Both the position numbers and the translations under genes were made by a program. From Diadema antillarum (Eukaryota), in assembly GCF_040938485.1 (NCBI RefSeq), contig NW_027271810.1, forward strand, positions 124,001 to 188,000: a stretch of 64,000 bases of DNA, given 5' to 3'. Below the pieces are notes generated by a model. It did no database searches, was not told the DNA's origin, and saw nothing but the letters and a program-made list of their open reading frames with translations. Shown here piece after piece: positions 11,823-26,066 of the stretch (position 1 is its first letter; each line of letters starts with the position of its first letter).

Positions 11823-13184
11823 GTTTGTAAGTTTTCCCAGATATACTTTATATCAATCTTCCGTCTAACCCTCGCTGAGCGACCCAATGCGATGTAAACA
11901 CACACATTAAAAAATTATTTGAAATGATATACAATAACATTATTGTAAATCATTTCATTTAAATAGCATAGGATGGTATTATTCATAACAGAAAAAAGGG
12001 TATTTCGAGAAACTGTGATGTTCAGAAACAACTGTATGTTCATCTCTTTCTTCGTTGCTCTACTCCTATTTTTTTCTGCTTGTTCTTCCACTTCCTTTTC
12101 ATGCTCTACGTTTGTGTCTCTGTCTCTGTCACTTAGAACGCGAGAGGCTTATACGTTTTTATTGCCCTCACCGGCCTATTAACTTTTCTAACTTTACATA
12201 CACTTGCGGTTTTCCGAGCCGTGAAATTGAGCGCTTTGGCTGGAAAAGAATTCGAGTCGGAAAGAGCTCGAAGTGATTATCAGAGCTTTCCGATTGAACA
12301 ATAACCGCTATCAACTGGAGATTATTATATTCCGATAAATCCCATAATTAAACGGGACCTGCGAGGTCCCCCGTGGATTATGCGCGCGCTCTATCCGCTT
12401 TGGAGGCATCATTCGTCATGATTACCCAACAAATCGATATCCAGATGCGGACGAGGAGGCCGGACAACAAGTGATGTTGTCGAGGCGCGGTTTCCTCTTT
12501 TCTTTCGATTGTTTGAGCCGAACGCTCCAGTGGCTACAAACTTTCAATGTCCACTCGCCTTCTTCACATCGGCAGCTCCGCCATCTTGCCCGGCTCTTGC
12601 CTCCGTCGGACCTGCTCCCTCTGTTGCTGTGCCCCCCCCCCCCCCAAAAAAAAAAAAAAAAAAAAAAATCGGTGGCATCCCGATCGATCGGGCTGTCAAA
12701 AGCTAGGAAATCGGCCGGTAAAGGGCCTCCTCGACAGGATCAGGGAGGATTAAGACCCCTCTCGAGTCGGCCTAACATAATATCGGTCCCGCGACAAGGA
12801 CCTCTTCACGCCCGATTCGTGTGCTTTAATATCAAAGAAATCCACCACATCGAGTTGCTCTGGGACCGGATGTCTCATTCTACCCTCCCCCCCCCCGCCC
12901 ATTCATTTTTCCCCTCTCTATTTTGGAACATTCATGAAATAGCTCGGATTTCATATTGAAGAGATAAAAACCAACACAATACAAACAAACAATACAAACA
13001 TGTAAGAACGAGGGGAGGGAAACAAATATTTTCAAAACTCTATCAAAAGTTTCCCTGCTATACTAACCAAGTGCGTGATAGAAATTTAACCCACTTTGAT
13101 AATCCGAGCTCTAAACCCAATATGATACAACTTTCATCGAAAACTGCACCACCATAGCCTCACTATTTTTTCCCCACTCCCTGG

Positions 13185-13504
13185 GGTGAAAAATCATTCG
13201 CTCAGAGCTTGCTTTGTGACTGCTTCAAAATAGTTCTAAAATGTGATTTAGGGATAGAAACAACCAATGTGAAAATGTTAATCAGTTTCATCAATGTTAA
13301 GTATTGGTAGATATACAAAATGTGAATAATAGTTCTAAAATAAACCGTCACCAGTTATGGGTTTATTGAAAAAATAGTGATATCTCCTGATATTTTAGGC
13401 TTTGTTGCGAAATCTTTATGTGGTTTTGTGATAGAGCTGACCTACACATATACATAACTCTTACACTTTTTTTTAATCGCTACTCCCGATGGCAATCAAT
13501 ACCT
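13185..13504 (-). mobile_element. TTAA-type (Kolobok-like) MITE, opposite-orientation relative of 34162-34519; left end degenerate
   Basis: The reverse complement aligns by eye over ~300 bp with 34162-34485 (e.g. tttcgcaa.aaagcctaaaat..aggagatatcacta). It ends ...atacct|TTAA at 13504/13505-13508. Confidence 0.75.
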
Positions 13505-15360
13505 TTAAAGGGGAGGGGTGCAGATATCTTTTCTTTTGTTCATTTGCGGCAAGATATGCTGGTGGGGAATCAGTTATAAAGCAAGCTCTGAGCACTGTTG
13601 ATGATCCCTTTAACCCAAACACTGCTCATAATGGCCTCGCACGTCTCCGTTCGTAAAGATTCAAATTGACTGATGTGAATGACTTTTGATTACACCCAGT
13701 TTCCCTATCCGCTTTCAGAGACATTGCATTGCATGTCATGCACCCCTGTATATCCTGGCCCACTTATTTCACCCTTTGAATAGAGTCAGACCACACAGTG
13801 AACATGTCTACTGGTCTCATGTCTCTAATTCTAGTCCTTTGTTGGGCTGAATAGCGTCTGATTAGGTTCGAACGTAACGTCCATACGCACTTCTACATAC
13901 GACGATCAACATGCACATTGAACGCAGTGCGCGCGCTCCAAATGATTTAACACATCCAATTATTGTTTGTATTCTTGCACATGTAATGTAAACATGATAT
14001 ATAAATGGAAGTATGTAAGAAAATCCTGCGCAGAGAAGCTGTTCTTGGTCATGACATTGCTGTAGAAAGCTTCCTTTTCTGACTCTCAGCAGTGTAGGGT
14101 GTAGGTATATCGAGTGATGGCGTTAACAACCTGGCAAATGCTTTTCTTTTAAGTCGCTAGATTGCCTTTAGCTATGATCTAATCTTTTTCAAACATGAAG
14201 CAGGATCCCTGCGGAGCTAAGGAAAGAATATACAACTATAAAGTCATATAATTGCACATTTTGGAAGAAAGCGAGAGAAGAGGAGAATAATGGTGGGGGA
14301 TGTAGAGGGGGATTGAGGTACAGGGAAGGAAAAAAGGCGGGAAGGGGATACTGACAGAGACCAAAACTTCAAAAAGTCCGACGCGTCACCGGGCAGCGAG
14401 AACAATTTTGTTTCCAGGGTTCAATCGACATGACAAGGAACTAATGTACCCTGTAGTAAGGACCAAAGTGTGCTTTGAAATGAGATACAACAGAGGTCTA
14501 AAGAAGGGGGAAAAGAAAACGAGGGAGAAGAATGGGAGAGAGAGAGAATCGAACACTCTGAATGGCCGAATTTCCTGTAGTTTCTTCTTTCCCACACTTT
14601 CTTTCTTTTGGTCACGTCAAACGATCATTTTAATGACAGAAACTCATTGAAGTTCTCAGAGTCAGGGCGTAAAGAGGGGAGAGCCGTGGTGAAGATAATT
14701 TAGGGTGTATGGTTGCGGTTATGGGCACATGATTGATATCGATGCATTGGGTTTTGTACTTCACATCTAATCAAGATGTGAGTTTACGTCGACTGAGTGG
14801 TATCAGCCAAGTTTCGATTAACTCGTTCAGTCTCATGGATAACATGTTAATATACAATATCAATAGTCTTTAAAATGCGTGGTCCTAAGAGGAATGAATA
14901 CGTTAGATACAAAGGATATCATGCTATTTTTACATTATACTTCAAGATTCGAGACAGATCAATAAGTATCTCATCTGACACAAAAAGTCAATCGAGTGTT
15001 TTATTCAAGTGTTACATTTTTTCTTTGTCTTCTTTTCTTCGACAATGATGATTTTTGTCTGCCCTCTTAGCAAGTGCGATGAAATCGAAGTATAATGAAT
15101 TCAACCTAATGTTTTGTAAAGGGCCATTACGATCCCTAACTTACTAAAAAAAAATACCGCATGGTCTAAAACGGCTGTCTACGAATGGCAGCGTCTCAGA
15201 CAAGTCAGTGGGGGGGGGGGGGGGGGGCTTGTCTATATAGGGGCTAATTGTATCATTCGTTGGTTTTCGTCAACTTATGATAGTCATTTATTTTCTCTTT
15301 TCGCATTGATTTCCTCCAAGATGGCAAAGACTGTCCCCTTGCGTCATTCGACCGACACAT

Positions 15361-15363
<3 letters not shown>

Positions 15364-15411
<48 letters not shown>
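15364..15411. repeat. (AC)n microsatellite
   Basis: Seen directly. Confidence 0.95.
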
Positions 15412-15412
<1 letters not shown>

Positions 15413-15449
15413 CTATCTCTCTGTCTGTCTGTCTATCTATCCACTTGTA

Positions 15450-16576
15450 TCTCACCCCTCTTTCTTGATTACAAGCTTTAAATTCCTCCACCTAATTTCG
15501 GATGCCACCGATATCAATGTGTATGTCTATCTCTCTGTGTATTTATTCATTTATTTACGTATTTACATATTTACCTATTTACCCAAGTACCTATATATTC
15601 TCTCCCCTGATTACTAGTTTCATATTCCGACAACGAATTGTGGATGTCCCTTATATATCAATTAGTCTCTTTTTCTGTCTCTGTATATATTCATCTATCT
15701 ACCCATCTACATATTTACCTGTCTCTTTCTCTTCTGTGATTGCAGATTTCACATTCCAACACCAAGATTGTGTATGTCACCTATATCAATATGTCTCTCT
15801 CTCTCTTTTTGTATTTATATGTATTCATCTATCACCTACCTATATATTTACCTATGTACTTCCCTCCTTCGATTACAGGTTCCACATTTCGACGCCAAAT
15901 TGTGGATGTCACCTATATCAATATTTCTGTTTTTCTCCGTCTCTCTGTACCTATTTATCTATCTACAGTACCTATATACCTCTTTTTTTGTCTCCCCTGA
16001 TTACAGGTTTCACATGCCGACACCGAATTGTGGATGTCCCCTATATTTCAATTTGTATTTTTTCTGTCTCTATATGACGTCATTGTATGCATTTATTTAC
16101 GTATCTATATATTTATCTTTCTCTCCTTTGATTACAGATTTCACATTCCGACGCCACATTGTATATGCCACCTACATCAATATTTCTCTCTTTTTGTCTC
16201 TATATTTATTAATCTATCTACCTATCTATATATTTACCTCTCTTTCTCTCACTTAATTGATTGTACACACGTTTTACATTCCGACGCCAAATTGTGGATA
16301 TATCAATATGTCTCTCTTTTTGTCTCTATTTATATATATTCGTCTATCTACTTATCTATATATTTACCTCTCTTTCTCTCCCTTGATTGAAGGTTTAACA
16401 TTCCGACGCCAAATTGTGGATGTCACCTATATCAATGTGTCTGTCTTTTCCTGTCTCTGTATCTGTCTATCTACCTAGGCCTACCTATCTATATACACTC
16501 GTATATTTACCTGTCTCATTCTCTCTCTTGATTTTACAGGTTTTACATACCGACACCAAATTGTTGATGTCGCCTA
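15450..16576. repeat. Minisatellite: 9 copies of a ~130-bp unit with a complex ~50-nt core and a pyrimidine-rich low-complexity spacer
   Basis: Anchor GATT(AC) at 15467, 15609, 15738, 15871, 15999, 16130, 16259, 16385 and 16530 (period 126-145). Core consensus is about GATTACAGGTTTCACATTCCGACGCCAAATTGTGGATGTCACCTATATCAAT. Confidence 0.92.
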
Positions 16577-19500
16577 ACCGGGATTAGTTTGCGTTGGTTG
16601 AAGAGACCTGCTTGGGGGCTTCTCTCGCGCGCCGAATGGGCTTCGCTATACGTCCCCCGCGTGGCGATGTCGCACCAAATAGACAAAATTCTCGTATTAC
16701 CGCGACTTCTCAAATTTGTGACAAATAAATAAGGGTGTGGTGACAAGAGCGGATGTATTTACCCTTCACCGACAAATAATCTTGCTTCAAAAGTAAATTG
16801 CTCCCATTTGGGTCCGCAAAAGGCTTGATCTTGTATTTGCAGTATTTTTTACAGCCTCTCGCAGTGTAAATCAGAGACTGTGTCGCTGAAATTATGGCTG
16901 CATTAGGCAGAGAACATCCTCGTACATGGCGACAGTGCTAACCAACTTTGCTTACGTTTTCAACACGCCGATATAAGCAACACGTAAATACAGATACGAT
17001 GAAATGCATCATACGAGTACGATGTTGTCACTTCTGTGGAATGAACACGGTCATCTATTTCAGGCTATATTTTTGTTCAATTAAGTTCAGTGTAGTTTAC
17101 TTTGTAGCAGCTAGCCCAGTTACAAAGGGTAGACTCGCTTGACCTTTCATTAAAGTTCTTGGAACTAATGAAAGAATAAGATAAAGCATTGTTTGGCTGC
17201 AAAGACAAAATGCCATGTTTTGCAGGTTCAATCTTCAGAAGATGTAATCACACAATCATGACATTGGTGATAGTTTCAGGAAGAGTATTATTCATGCTAT
17301 TAGAAGAGGTTCGTGGCGAGTCTTAAGTCCTTGAGGGTGAAACCACAGTTTCTTATGTTCCTCTATAATGAAGGCATCCATTTCTTCGTGAGTTTACCCA
17401 TGAAGTTTTGCGATCAACGGCGACAGCCACGCATTGTCAAGACACCGCGTTCCTCAGAGTGTTGACAAGACTGACGACGATTCGTTTCGCTACACACCAA
17501 GATCCTATACATGCACGCATGCAACCTCTCGCACAATGCAAGTGGTCTCTCCTTATCATCGGGTGTTCAAAAGACCGGTGAATAACATTCGACTGTGGTC
17601 AAAAGAGCAGAATTCATTGCTCTTCGAGAGTGACATTGCAATAATTTGAGACTCGCTTTCACTCGCGTCCGGTGCCTTCGATTGTTATTTCGTGGGCAGC
17701 CGGGCTGTGATCGATCGGATGAACGGTCAAAGCACGCTATCCTTCCGCCTCAAGAAAACTTTTGATCACCGTAGTCTTCTGCTATGAACACGTTGCTATG
17801 ATTTTTCTTATCAAATTAGTTGCAAAAGCCATCTACAGGAGAAAAATCAACTAAAAACACATATCTCGATTCGTCAAAATATCATCAGTTGCAGTAATGC
17901 CTCGTAAAATGGTTAACATGGACAATAACAACGGCTTTTCTCCAGAGAGTCGTACTGACAAAGAGACTAATACAAATAATTTTCCACTTGTTAGCTACAC
18001 CATGAGACCTCGAATAGTTTTGTCTCTTACAATACGTTCGCCAGTATGTAAAAGGGATGGATAAAGACAAGGTGGCGAATAAAGGGCTTTTGAAGCCGGG
18101 CCAAAACGTATGAGACCCCTTTTTCGATTATTGAACGGAAAGAATGTGCATGGCATTCCTACGTTATGGAGCTTTGCCACCCAGAGAAATTATCTACAGT
18201 GGTCCAGTTGGCGTCATACACTTTGTTTTTAGCCCAAATACGATAAAACAACAGTCGATGTATAGATGCTTATGTCGCGACGTGTTAGCCTAATGTAAAT
18301 TACGCCGTCTATTTTAATATCTCACACAATAATTTCAACATTTTCCTCAAATAAAATGCTGCGGTTTTATTTTTTGCCTTCACTATATCTGTGTGAAATG
18401 GGCTCTCAATGGTGGCGTGACTGCTTCTTGTACGGACAATTAAGAAGACCTGGGTCCAATTCCTACCGGGTTCTTTCATCACATAACTTACAAGACAAGG
18501 TGAAAATAGTGACATGGTAATAATGTGTGCAAGTGAAAACCAAGTAACAGTGGCGGTTCCACCGGCGGAATGTCTCAGCTACAGTTTTGCAAGTCATTGT
18601 AGCTAAGGACATGAAATGCCTTTGAGCATGCACAAACACTTTGACTTTAATATAGAGTGTCATTTGTCGAGAACTCACACCAAGACAAAAATTACTTCAA
18701 AGAAACGCCAAAAGAATCCAAAAATACCAAAACAATGAGACATATTTCATCAGGGTTAAAGAGAAGAGTGTGAGGTAACTTTCAGCTTTGTATATCACAA
18801 ATTATGTGCAGAACTATATATAGACTGTCAGAAGGAAGTTATAAGACATCCGTATGATTATATTAATCTGTAATGCGGTGTACCACTACAACTCAAACTA
18901 CTACTCAAACTGTGACAGTGGCGTCGAGCTAACCGCCTAGCACAGAACGTGCTTGAGCTGCTGCAGCGGGTTTATAAACTCGTTATGGTTGAAAGATAAA
19001 TATCCTCATTACCACAGACAGCCTATTCTGTGAAGCCGATCATATTTTTGTGACAATTCATAACGTCTCCCTCCCCCTCCCCCCTCACCTTATTGCATCA
19101 TTTTGTGACCCTACGCTCGGACACTCGAGAGTTGGACATATTTTAATCTTGCCCCTACGTCTCCCCTTCTTCTTTTTTTTTTCCCTTTTTATTCTGAGAG
19201 GTAAGACCGGGGCAAACTCACACTGCTAATAGGTCAATATTTGATATTTAACTAAAACTTCAGGAGCTAAAAAAAATCGCGTCTTTTCCAGCTTTAAGCC
19301 GAGAGACTCATATGATTAGCGTTGTAGAGCAAACAAGCCTACCAAAAAATTCACCAGGAGCCGTGTATTTGGGGGTCCATTGTAAGGGACAGGACCGAGA
19401 CAGACGGATGCCGGTAGGTGCCTGTCCCCGCCCGGTCCCGTCTCTGCGTTTCTCCATCTCCGTTCACCCCCTTTGCCTCTTTCGCTCTGCGCATTCCTTT

Positions 19501-22326
19501 CGTCCCTTTACTATTTTTTTTTCTTTGAGCAGTACTTTCGACAAGCGCAGACGACCCCTCTCGAAACAACAACAGTAACAACAGCAACGACAATTTCAAC
19601 AACATTGAATCAAGCCTTAAAAACGAGCGACGTTACTATAAATTAACCCCCTCAGAGCCTCAAAGCTGAAATCAAGACATTTGTGTCAAAATCAAAGTGT
19701 TCATCGTTGAGATCGTTAAGCGTTGGAAATCTTCATGCTATACAAACTTGCATTAAACACAGGGCTGTAATTCAAGGGATGATATGGTTAATCAATTCCT
19801 ATACGCCTATAAGTATATTAGTTGGATCCCTCCGATTCCATTAATTATGATCAGCCTCTTTGACCCAATCAAAGTTCAATCTCTGCTAAACCTATAACTT
19901 TCCTGAAATAGATTTGACACCTTATGACGACCTGTTGTTTCAACGTGGCTTAACAGATTCATATTGTTTAACCCCTTTGTTGGATGGAATTAAATAATAA
20001 CAGAATTATATTCACGCCAAAAATCGTCAGACATTTTATGTTGTTTCTATTACTAGCCCATCTATAAATTACACAGCAATTAAGAGGTTGATCGGTGTTC
20101 CTCATCACCTGCTAATGTCCATTCAATGCAAACGGCTCTTAATTGACACGAAAGAGCAAAATCTGAGAACCAGAACAATAACAACAACAAATCTGAGACA
20201 AGGCTTCCGCGTCCTTGGCAACGAGGTTACCTCCCAAAAGTAACTTTTCTCTCGTTTTTTTTCTTTTATCAGCTCAATTCTACGGCTCTTCGTAGGGTTT
20301 ATAATTTGAAATGAATGACGCATGACATGTATGCAAGTTTACTTTTTGCCTTGATTGGCAATCACGATTTTGCAAACTGACGGCGCGCGCGATAGTGTGC
20401 CGTGAAATAACGTGGAACAAGATTCGTTTGTTGAAGACATCACGCCAGCGCTATTGAACGCGTCTGTGCAAGAAACTCCCACTTCATCTCAATTACTAAA
20501 CAACAACAACAACAACAACCCGCAAATATCACAGAGATGATTATTTAAGATAACATCCATGGAACAATGAAAGGTGTGTATGAAGTTTGCCCTACCTTCA
20601 ACGCCGGAAAGAACCGAAACGTCACCTCTTTGAGAGATGCTGAATACGGAGAGACCGTCAGGAGAACGATCGCGACTCACTGGCGATTCGGACTCAACTG
20701 TCGCATCTCAAGCCTGAAGTGCCGATAGTCATAACGCTCTCCGCGTTTTCCTTTTCCCCTCCTTCTTTCTGGTCACGCAGATGATAACCAGGGCTATAAC
20801 AACAGAGGAGATGCCAGAGAGAAGGGGGAGGGGGACAGAGAGAGCTGGGGTCGGGGAGTGCAGATAGACGATACCCAATAGCAGAGATCGGTATGTGCTG
20901 AATAGCCAATTCTCCCCACCCCTCGGAAATCGATATCGCGATTTCAAAGGCTAATCGATTAATATCGCTGCTAGGGAATACTAATTGCTGAGCACACACC
21001 CACTTCGACCAAGCACTATACCACGAACGGATGTGAGCCGGGACCTTAGCGTGTGAAACAGGAAGAAAACAGACTTGTGTCAAGGTAGCCCCCATTCATC
21101 GTCAAAGGAACTATAATCATGTTTTCTCGAGATGATCATGTGCAAACATCAAGCAAACGAACGAATTAGCGGAAACAAAAGATTGCAGGGCATAAAAATT
21201 ACCTTAACACCGTTTAGTCGCTAAGAAGTTCTCACTTGATTTGGCATGGCGATAACAACTTCCAGTTAAATATTAGTGAAGGGATGCTGGGAGGGGGTAA
21301 TCCTCGGAGACAAAGCGAGGTAGGTTGAGCCGATCTCCAGTAATTAGAATTCAATGGTGGCAGCATCGATATCTGGAGGTCCCGCGGGGATCAGCGGATG
21401 GGGGAAAAGTCATAGATAGGAATGCAGCTCGCCATTGATCACTTCAAAAACAAAAACAAAAATCTAACAATTCACGGAGAATTGCAACCACACGCGATAG
21501 TCACGAAGTTGTAACCATCGTGTATGAAATGAGGCGAAACAAACGCGGCTTTTTCGCTCACTCAATGACCATATCCCACCACGATGGAAGGCCAATACAA
21601 TAAGAGCCATCAATACTTGGAGGCTTGCCGGAGTCCTTTGTAACAGCCCACTTTACATTGACTTACAAAACACCAGAGTTCATGACATTCGTTTCAGTAG
21701 CGCACGCTTGTACTTACACGTGATTACATAATAGTCTGTTTATCTATTTGTCAATTTATCAATCTGTATTTCTTTCCCTTCACCTTCTGCAGCAACTTGA
21801 TTGGTATTTTCAGATGTACTTTAACAAACTTAAGTGACATTTTGCAAAGTAAAACAAGACAAACAAACATACTTCGCGGCATGACGTCGTCAGAGTTGAC
21901 GTCATAGTCACATGATCAAAGTGACACCTTTTAGGTACCCATTTCACTGCCATGATAATACATTGAAGACGTACGAACATTAAAACGGTCAGAACTTTCT
22001 TGGTGTTTGGCTGATCGTGCTATAATCATGATCTAGTGCTTCTGTCTCATCCAATCTAAGATGGAGAGATGCTAATTATCGTTTCCAAAGCGTTTATTAG
22101 TTTTTGTCAGATGTCTTTGGATTTAGTTTAAAACATAATTGATTCTAGAAAGGGGTGACCTCCCTCCCCCCCCCCCCCCCCACAAAAAAAGGTGTGCAAG
22201 AATCTGCAAAATAAGCTTTTAACAGCGATTCTCACTATGACGTCGGGGAACGAATGTTCAACCAAGACATTCGTGGGCACATTGGAGTGCTATCGGATTA
22301 CGTTTCGACATACTCTAGTCCGATAA

Positions 22327-22890
22327 GGGCTTTTTACACTTGTAAATTTTTGCTTAGCCCCGGACTATCGGTGGGGCTAAGGGGGGGCCTTAGCCCCACC
22401 GTTGGTACGGGACTATCCTTAGCCCACTTTCTGTTTACACTCGTTTTTGCCAAAGTGGGCTAGCCCCACCGATAGTACGGTACTATCTGGCCCTGCAAAA
22501 TAGCAGGGGTTAGCACCGCAATTGCGGTGCTAGCACCGCAATTGCGGTGCCAAGCAAGTGAGTGTAAACAGAACGAAAAAATAATCCTGGGCTAAGCGAC
22601 GGAGACGAAGTCCGACCCTCACTGACCAATCAGAAACGAGGCAATCAAGTGCTGCCGGTGCGTGCGTGTACGTGTACAGTACACAGCGTAATTATGAATA
22701 TTCATGTGGTTTGGAAAGTCCGGGGCTAAGAAATACGAGTGTAAAAAGGTCAGTTTTCTCCTTAGCCCCGGACAAGAGATAGTACGGGACTAATTGGCGA
22801 GTGTAAAAAGCTGAAAAAATTGGTACGGGACTAACGATAGTCCTGGGTCAGAGAAAGTCCGGGGTTAAGCAACACAAGTGTAAAAAGCCC
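22327..22890. mobile_element. PIF/Harbinger-like MITE, 564 bp
   Basis: Perfect 17-bp TIR GGGCTTTTTACACTTGT / ACAAGTGTAAAAAGCCC; flanks TAA (left) and TTT (right), so the TSD is imperfect. Many internal subterminal repeats (TTAGCCCCGGAC/GTCCGGGGCTAA, GTACGGGACTA, GTGTAAAAAG). Superfamily inferred from the GGGC terminus and TWA-like flank. Confidence 0.8.
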
Positions 22891-25800
22891 TTTTGATAGT
22901 GTACTACTCGAAAAGCTGATTATCCGAACGTCCTTCCTCGATTACTGAGGTTGGGGATGATATCCATTTTGTACCACATACTGGCGAGGCGAGGTTATCA
23001 CTTCCAGGGAACACTTTTTCAACATCCATATACCATTAGAGAACACCAAAGGAGTGACAGGTGCCAATCAAAAAGAAAAAAAAATGGGGGGGGGGGGGGG
23101 AAGATGGGCAAGTGGTGATGAGGGCAGTGTTAGTCTGAAGTCCGGTTTGTGGTTAGGACATGATTACACGGACACGACTATGGGGCGGGGCAACTGTCTG
23201 ATTACGCGATACGTCTCTGCCCGTTCCAAAGCTTTACGATGTTGTCAAAACACATTAGCCCGAGCTTAGCCGGTCGTGCCAACTTCGATGGAGAATAGGG
23301 AATCAAGGGACAGAAACAACGAGATAAAGCGGTATGAGATATGGATGAACGAGAATTAACTGTGACTGTACGTGTAGAGATGGATTCTGTGCCGATGACC
23401 GAGCGGCAAATTGAAATTGTGTGATGGCGCAATATGTTCATCCTGAGAAGTAAGTTCGTTGTGTGTGGCCAGAGTAAAGAGAGTATTTCAGAGAAAGTGG
23501 GAGGGATATTACAGCAGTCAAAAACGGTTGGCATCTCTAATATACACAACGGAAAGTATTTTTTCTCTGGAAGGAATTCGACTCAATCTCATCGGTCACG
23601 CGCCCCTATTTACTCTACATGCGATACCTAACCATCAATTCAGGACTGGATACATGAACGGAGATTGTGGTGACCGATTATCGAGTAACAGAAACACAAC
23701 AGTGGCACGTGCTCGCGAGTGACTGACGTAATGACACTAAGATGGAATAAATATCAATTTTGCCGAAGTGAGATAAAGCATTGCTTGATGGATGCCTGTC
23801 ATTCCATTTCACTTCATTTTTTTTTCGTTTAGTCGCCATCCGCAGAACTCCAACTCTCTGTTATCTTGGGTTTTGTGTGTAACTGTCAGGAATCATAACG
23901 AAGAGATTAGCATGGGCATCAACTGAGCAGGGCTTGCAGAGCAGGGTTTGACAGACGTTAGCAAACTGCGCGTGCGCGCCATCAGTCCAACCTCAACAAA
24001 TAAACATCAAAGCGATATCCACATCGTGTGCATTGCGAGTTAAAGGGATAGTGTGGAACCAGTAAGCACGGTTCATTCGTGGCAAGCGTTCACATGGCAA
24101 TGTAGTATGGAGACTGTGCAGTGTTGCCACCATTTGATTGCCTTCCCTTGGAAGAGAAATGAAAATAAGATTGAAATTGAAATTGAAAACTGAAATTTCA
24201 TCGTCAAGTATAATAGTGCAAGTATCAATATTGTCAGTTTGTGAGTTCGACAATATAATTCACGTGCAAAATAGAATATAAACATCATTTCAATAAGTCC
24301 TATTTTAAACATTTTACAAGTTTTCCCAGGACAGTGACCATGGTCATAGTCGTTCAAATTAGATGACGGATGACGTAATGATGTGAATTTTGTCTCAGAA
24401 GTTTTCCCGTCCATTATCATGCAAATCTTCACCAAATTCCGTTTTGTATACGGTTTTCTTTTTCTCACAAGATTTTTTTTTTAAACATCAGATTGTTACA
24501 CAGTTGTAACCATTTCAATAATGAGTTTTCCAATTTTGACCGGTTATAGATACTCTATAATTGGCAAGAAAAATGTGATATTTGAATGACTGAAGGTTGT
24601 AATGCAATGACACCATAAACTTGTCACATTTGCATTATGAAATTTACATAGCAATATAGAGTTCCTTTTAACGCTCACGACAAAATCATCTTCATTGCTA
24701 GTCAGTCTCTCTTACGTTGAGACACACATAAAAAAGCATCCGAAATTAACAAGAAAAATTTAAGTGCTGATATCTATCTAGTTATATGATAAATCTTATA
24801 AATGACGATTAAAAAGCTTCAAAGCGGAACAGAAATACTTTTTAACAAAACGCAAACTGAACTCAAGAGGATATTCTGATAGATTATTTGCAAAGGCAAA
24901 AAACAAAAACAAAACAAAACAAAACACGAATATAAATCATGTGGTTAAGAAAATACCAACATTTATAGACACAATGCTTTACTCTGAGTACTATTCAGAT
25001 CACTGTGTTTTGATACATCTTTGCGTTGCTAGGCAACTGTCTTGAAACAGGGGCTTAACGCATAGACGACTGCTTTCCTTGGAAACCTTACGAGGACTGA
25101 GAAATATTTTCTCACAGTGGCTTAGCGCTTGGCTGCCCCTAGAAATACGCTGGAGTCGAAAAGAAGTCTTGCTCTATACACCCGAGCCCTGCCAGCAGGT
25201 AAAATGGCGCTTTCTGGGTTTGTAGAGAACTTGTATACAAAGTATATTTGTTATATCTCTGCACTATCTCTCCCTCAGAGAGACCCCCCCCCCCCTCCAA
25301 AAAAAAAATCATTTCTTTGATCTTCGACCGCTAGAGAGTACGAAATATTCACAATGTACCATATGTCATTCGCTTTGAAATGTCTTTAGTTTGCTTATGT
25401 CGGAGCTGATTTCTCTAATGGGTATTAGGGGTATTAGAGTATAGTTCTCTTTGAAAGGGGCAATAGGTAGAAATCCCTGCCTCAGAAGATATAGTGGTCA
25501 AAGAAGACGAGAATCTTAATGGGTGGTAGGGGGCAACGTCCCCCCAACAATGCATCTTTACTGTGCACACACAAACACAACACAAGTCATATCACACACA
25601 AACAGACGCATGATACACACACGTTTTCCTGTACATTCTGATGTTCGAGTTTCTTTGGTCAGCGAGCTTTAAAACGCAGTCTCCGCGGCGTCACGTACAT
25701 ACGGTGAGGTGTGGATTTTTGCCCTCCGCGATTACCCCTGCATATAGAGACCGCGTGAGACTGGGCTCCTTCCTTGATCAGAAAATCTAGTAAAACGCCT

Positions 25801-26066
25801 TTGGCGAGCTGCGATCGAACGCAAAATTAGGATCGCAGTCTGGAAATGTCCATGGTATACACACACCACACACAGACACACAAACATACACACAAAATAA
25901 CAAGGACGAAAACTGAACCGTGAAAGAAACTGGAAATTGCTCTATTCAAGGAAAAAGGCCAGACGATAAGGGGACGTAAAACGCAACAAATGGGACAGGT
26001 TGAAGACAAATGCGAACTTTTCAACTCGCCTTTGTTACAATTCGTTCGTTGACAAAACGCACTTAA

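Noticed and set aside
15450-16576. CRISPR-like array (conserved core plus variable spacers)
   Set aside because: Spacers are homologous low-complexity sequence rather than unique; the period is ~130 bp; no cas genes; eukaryotic context. The ORFs over it (15502-16478) are repeat artefacts.
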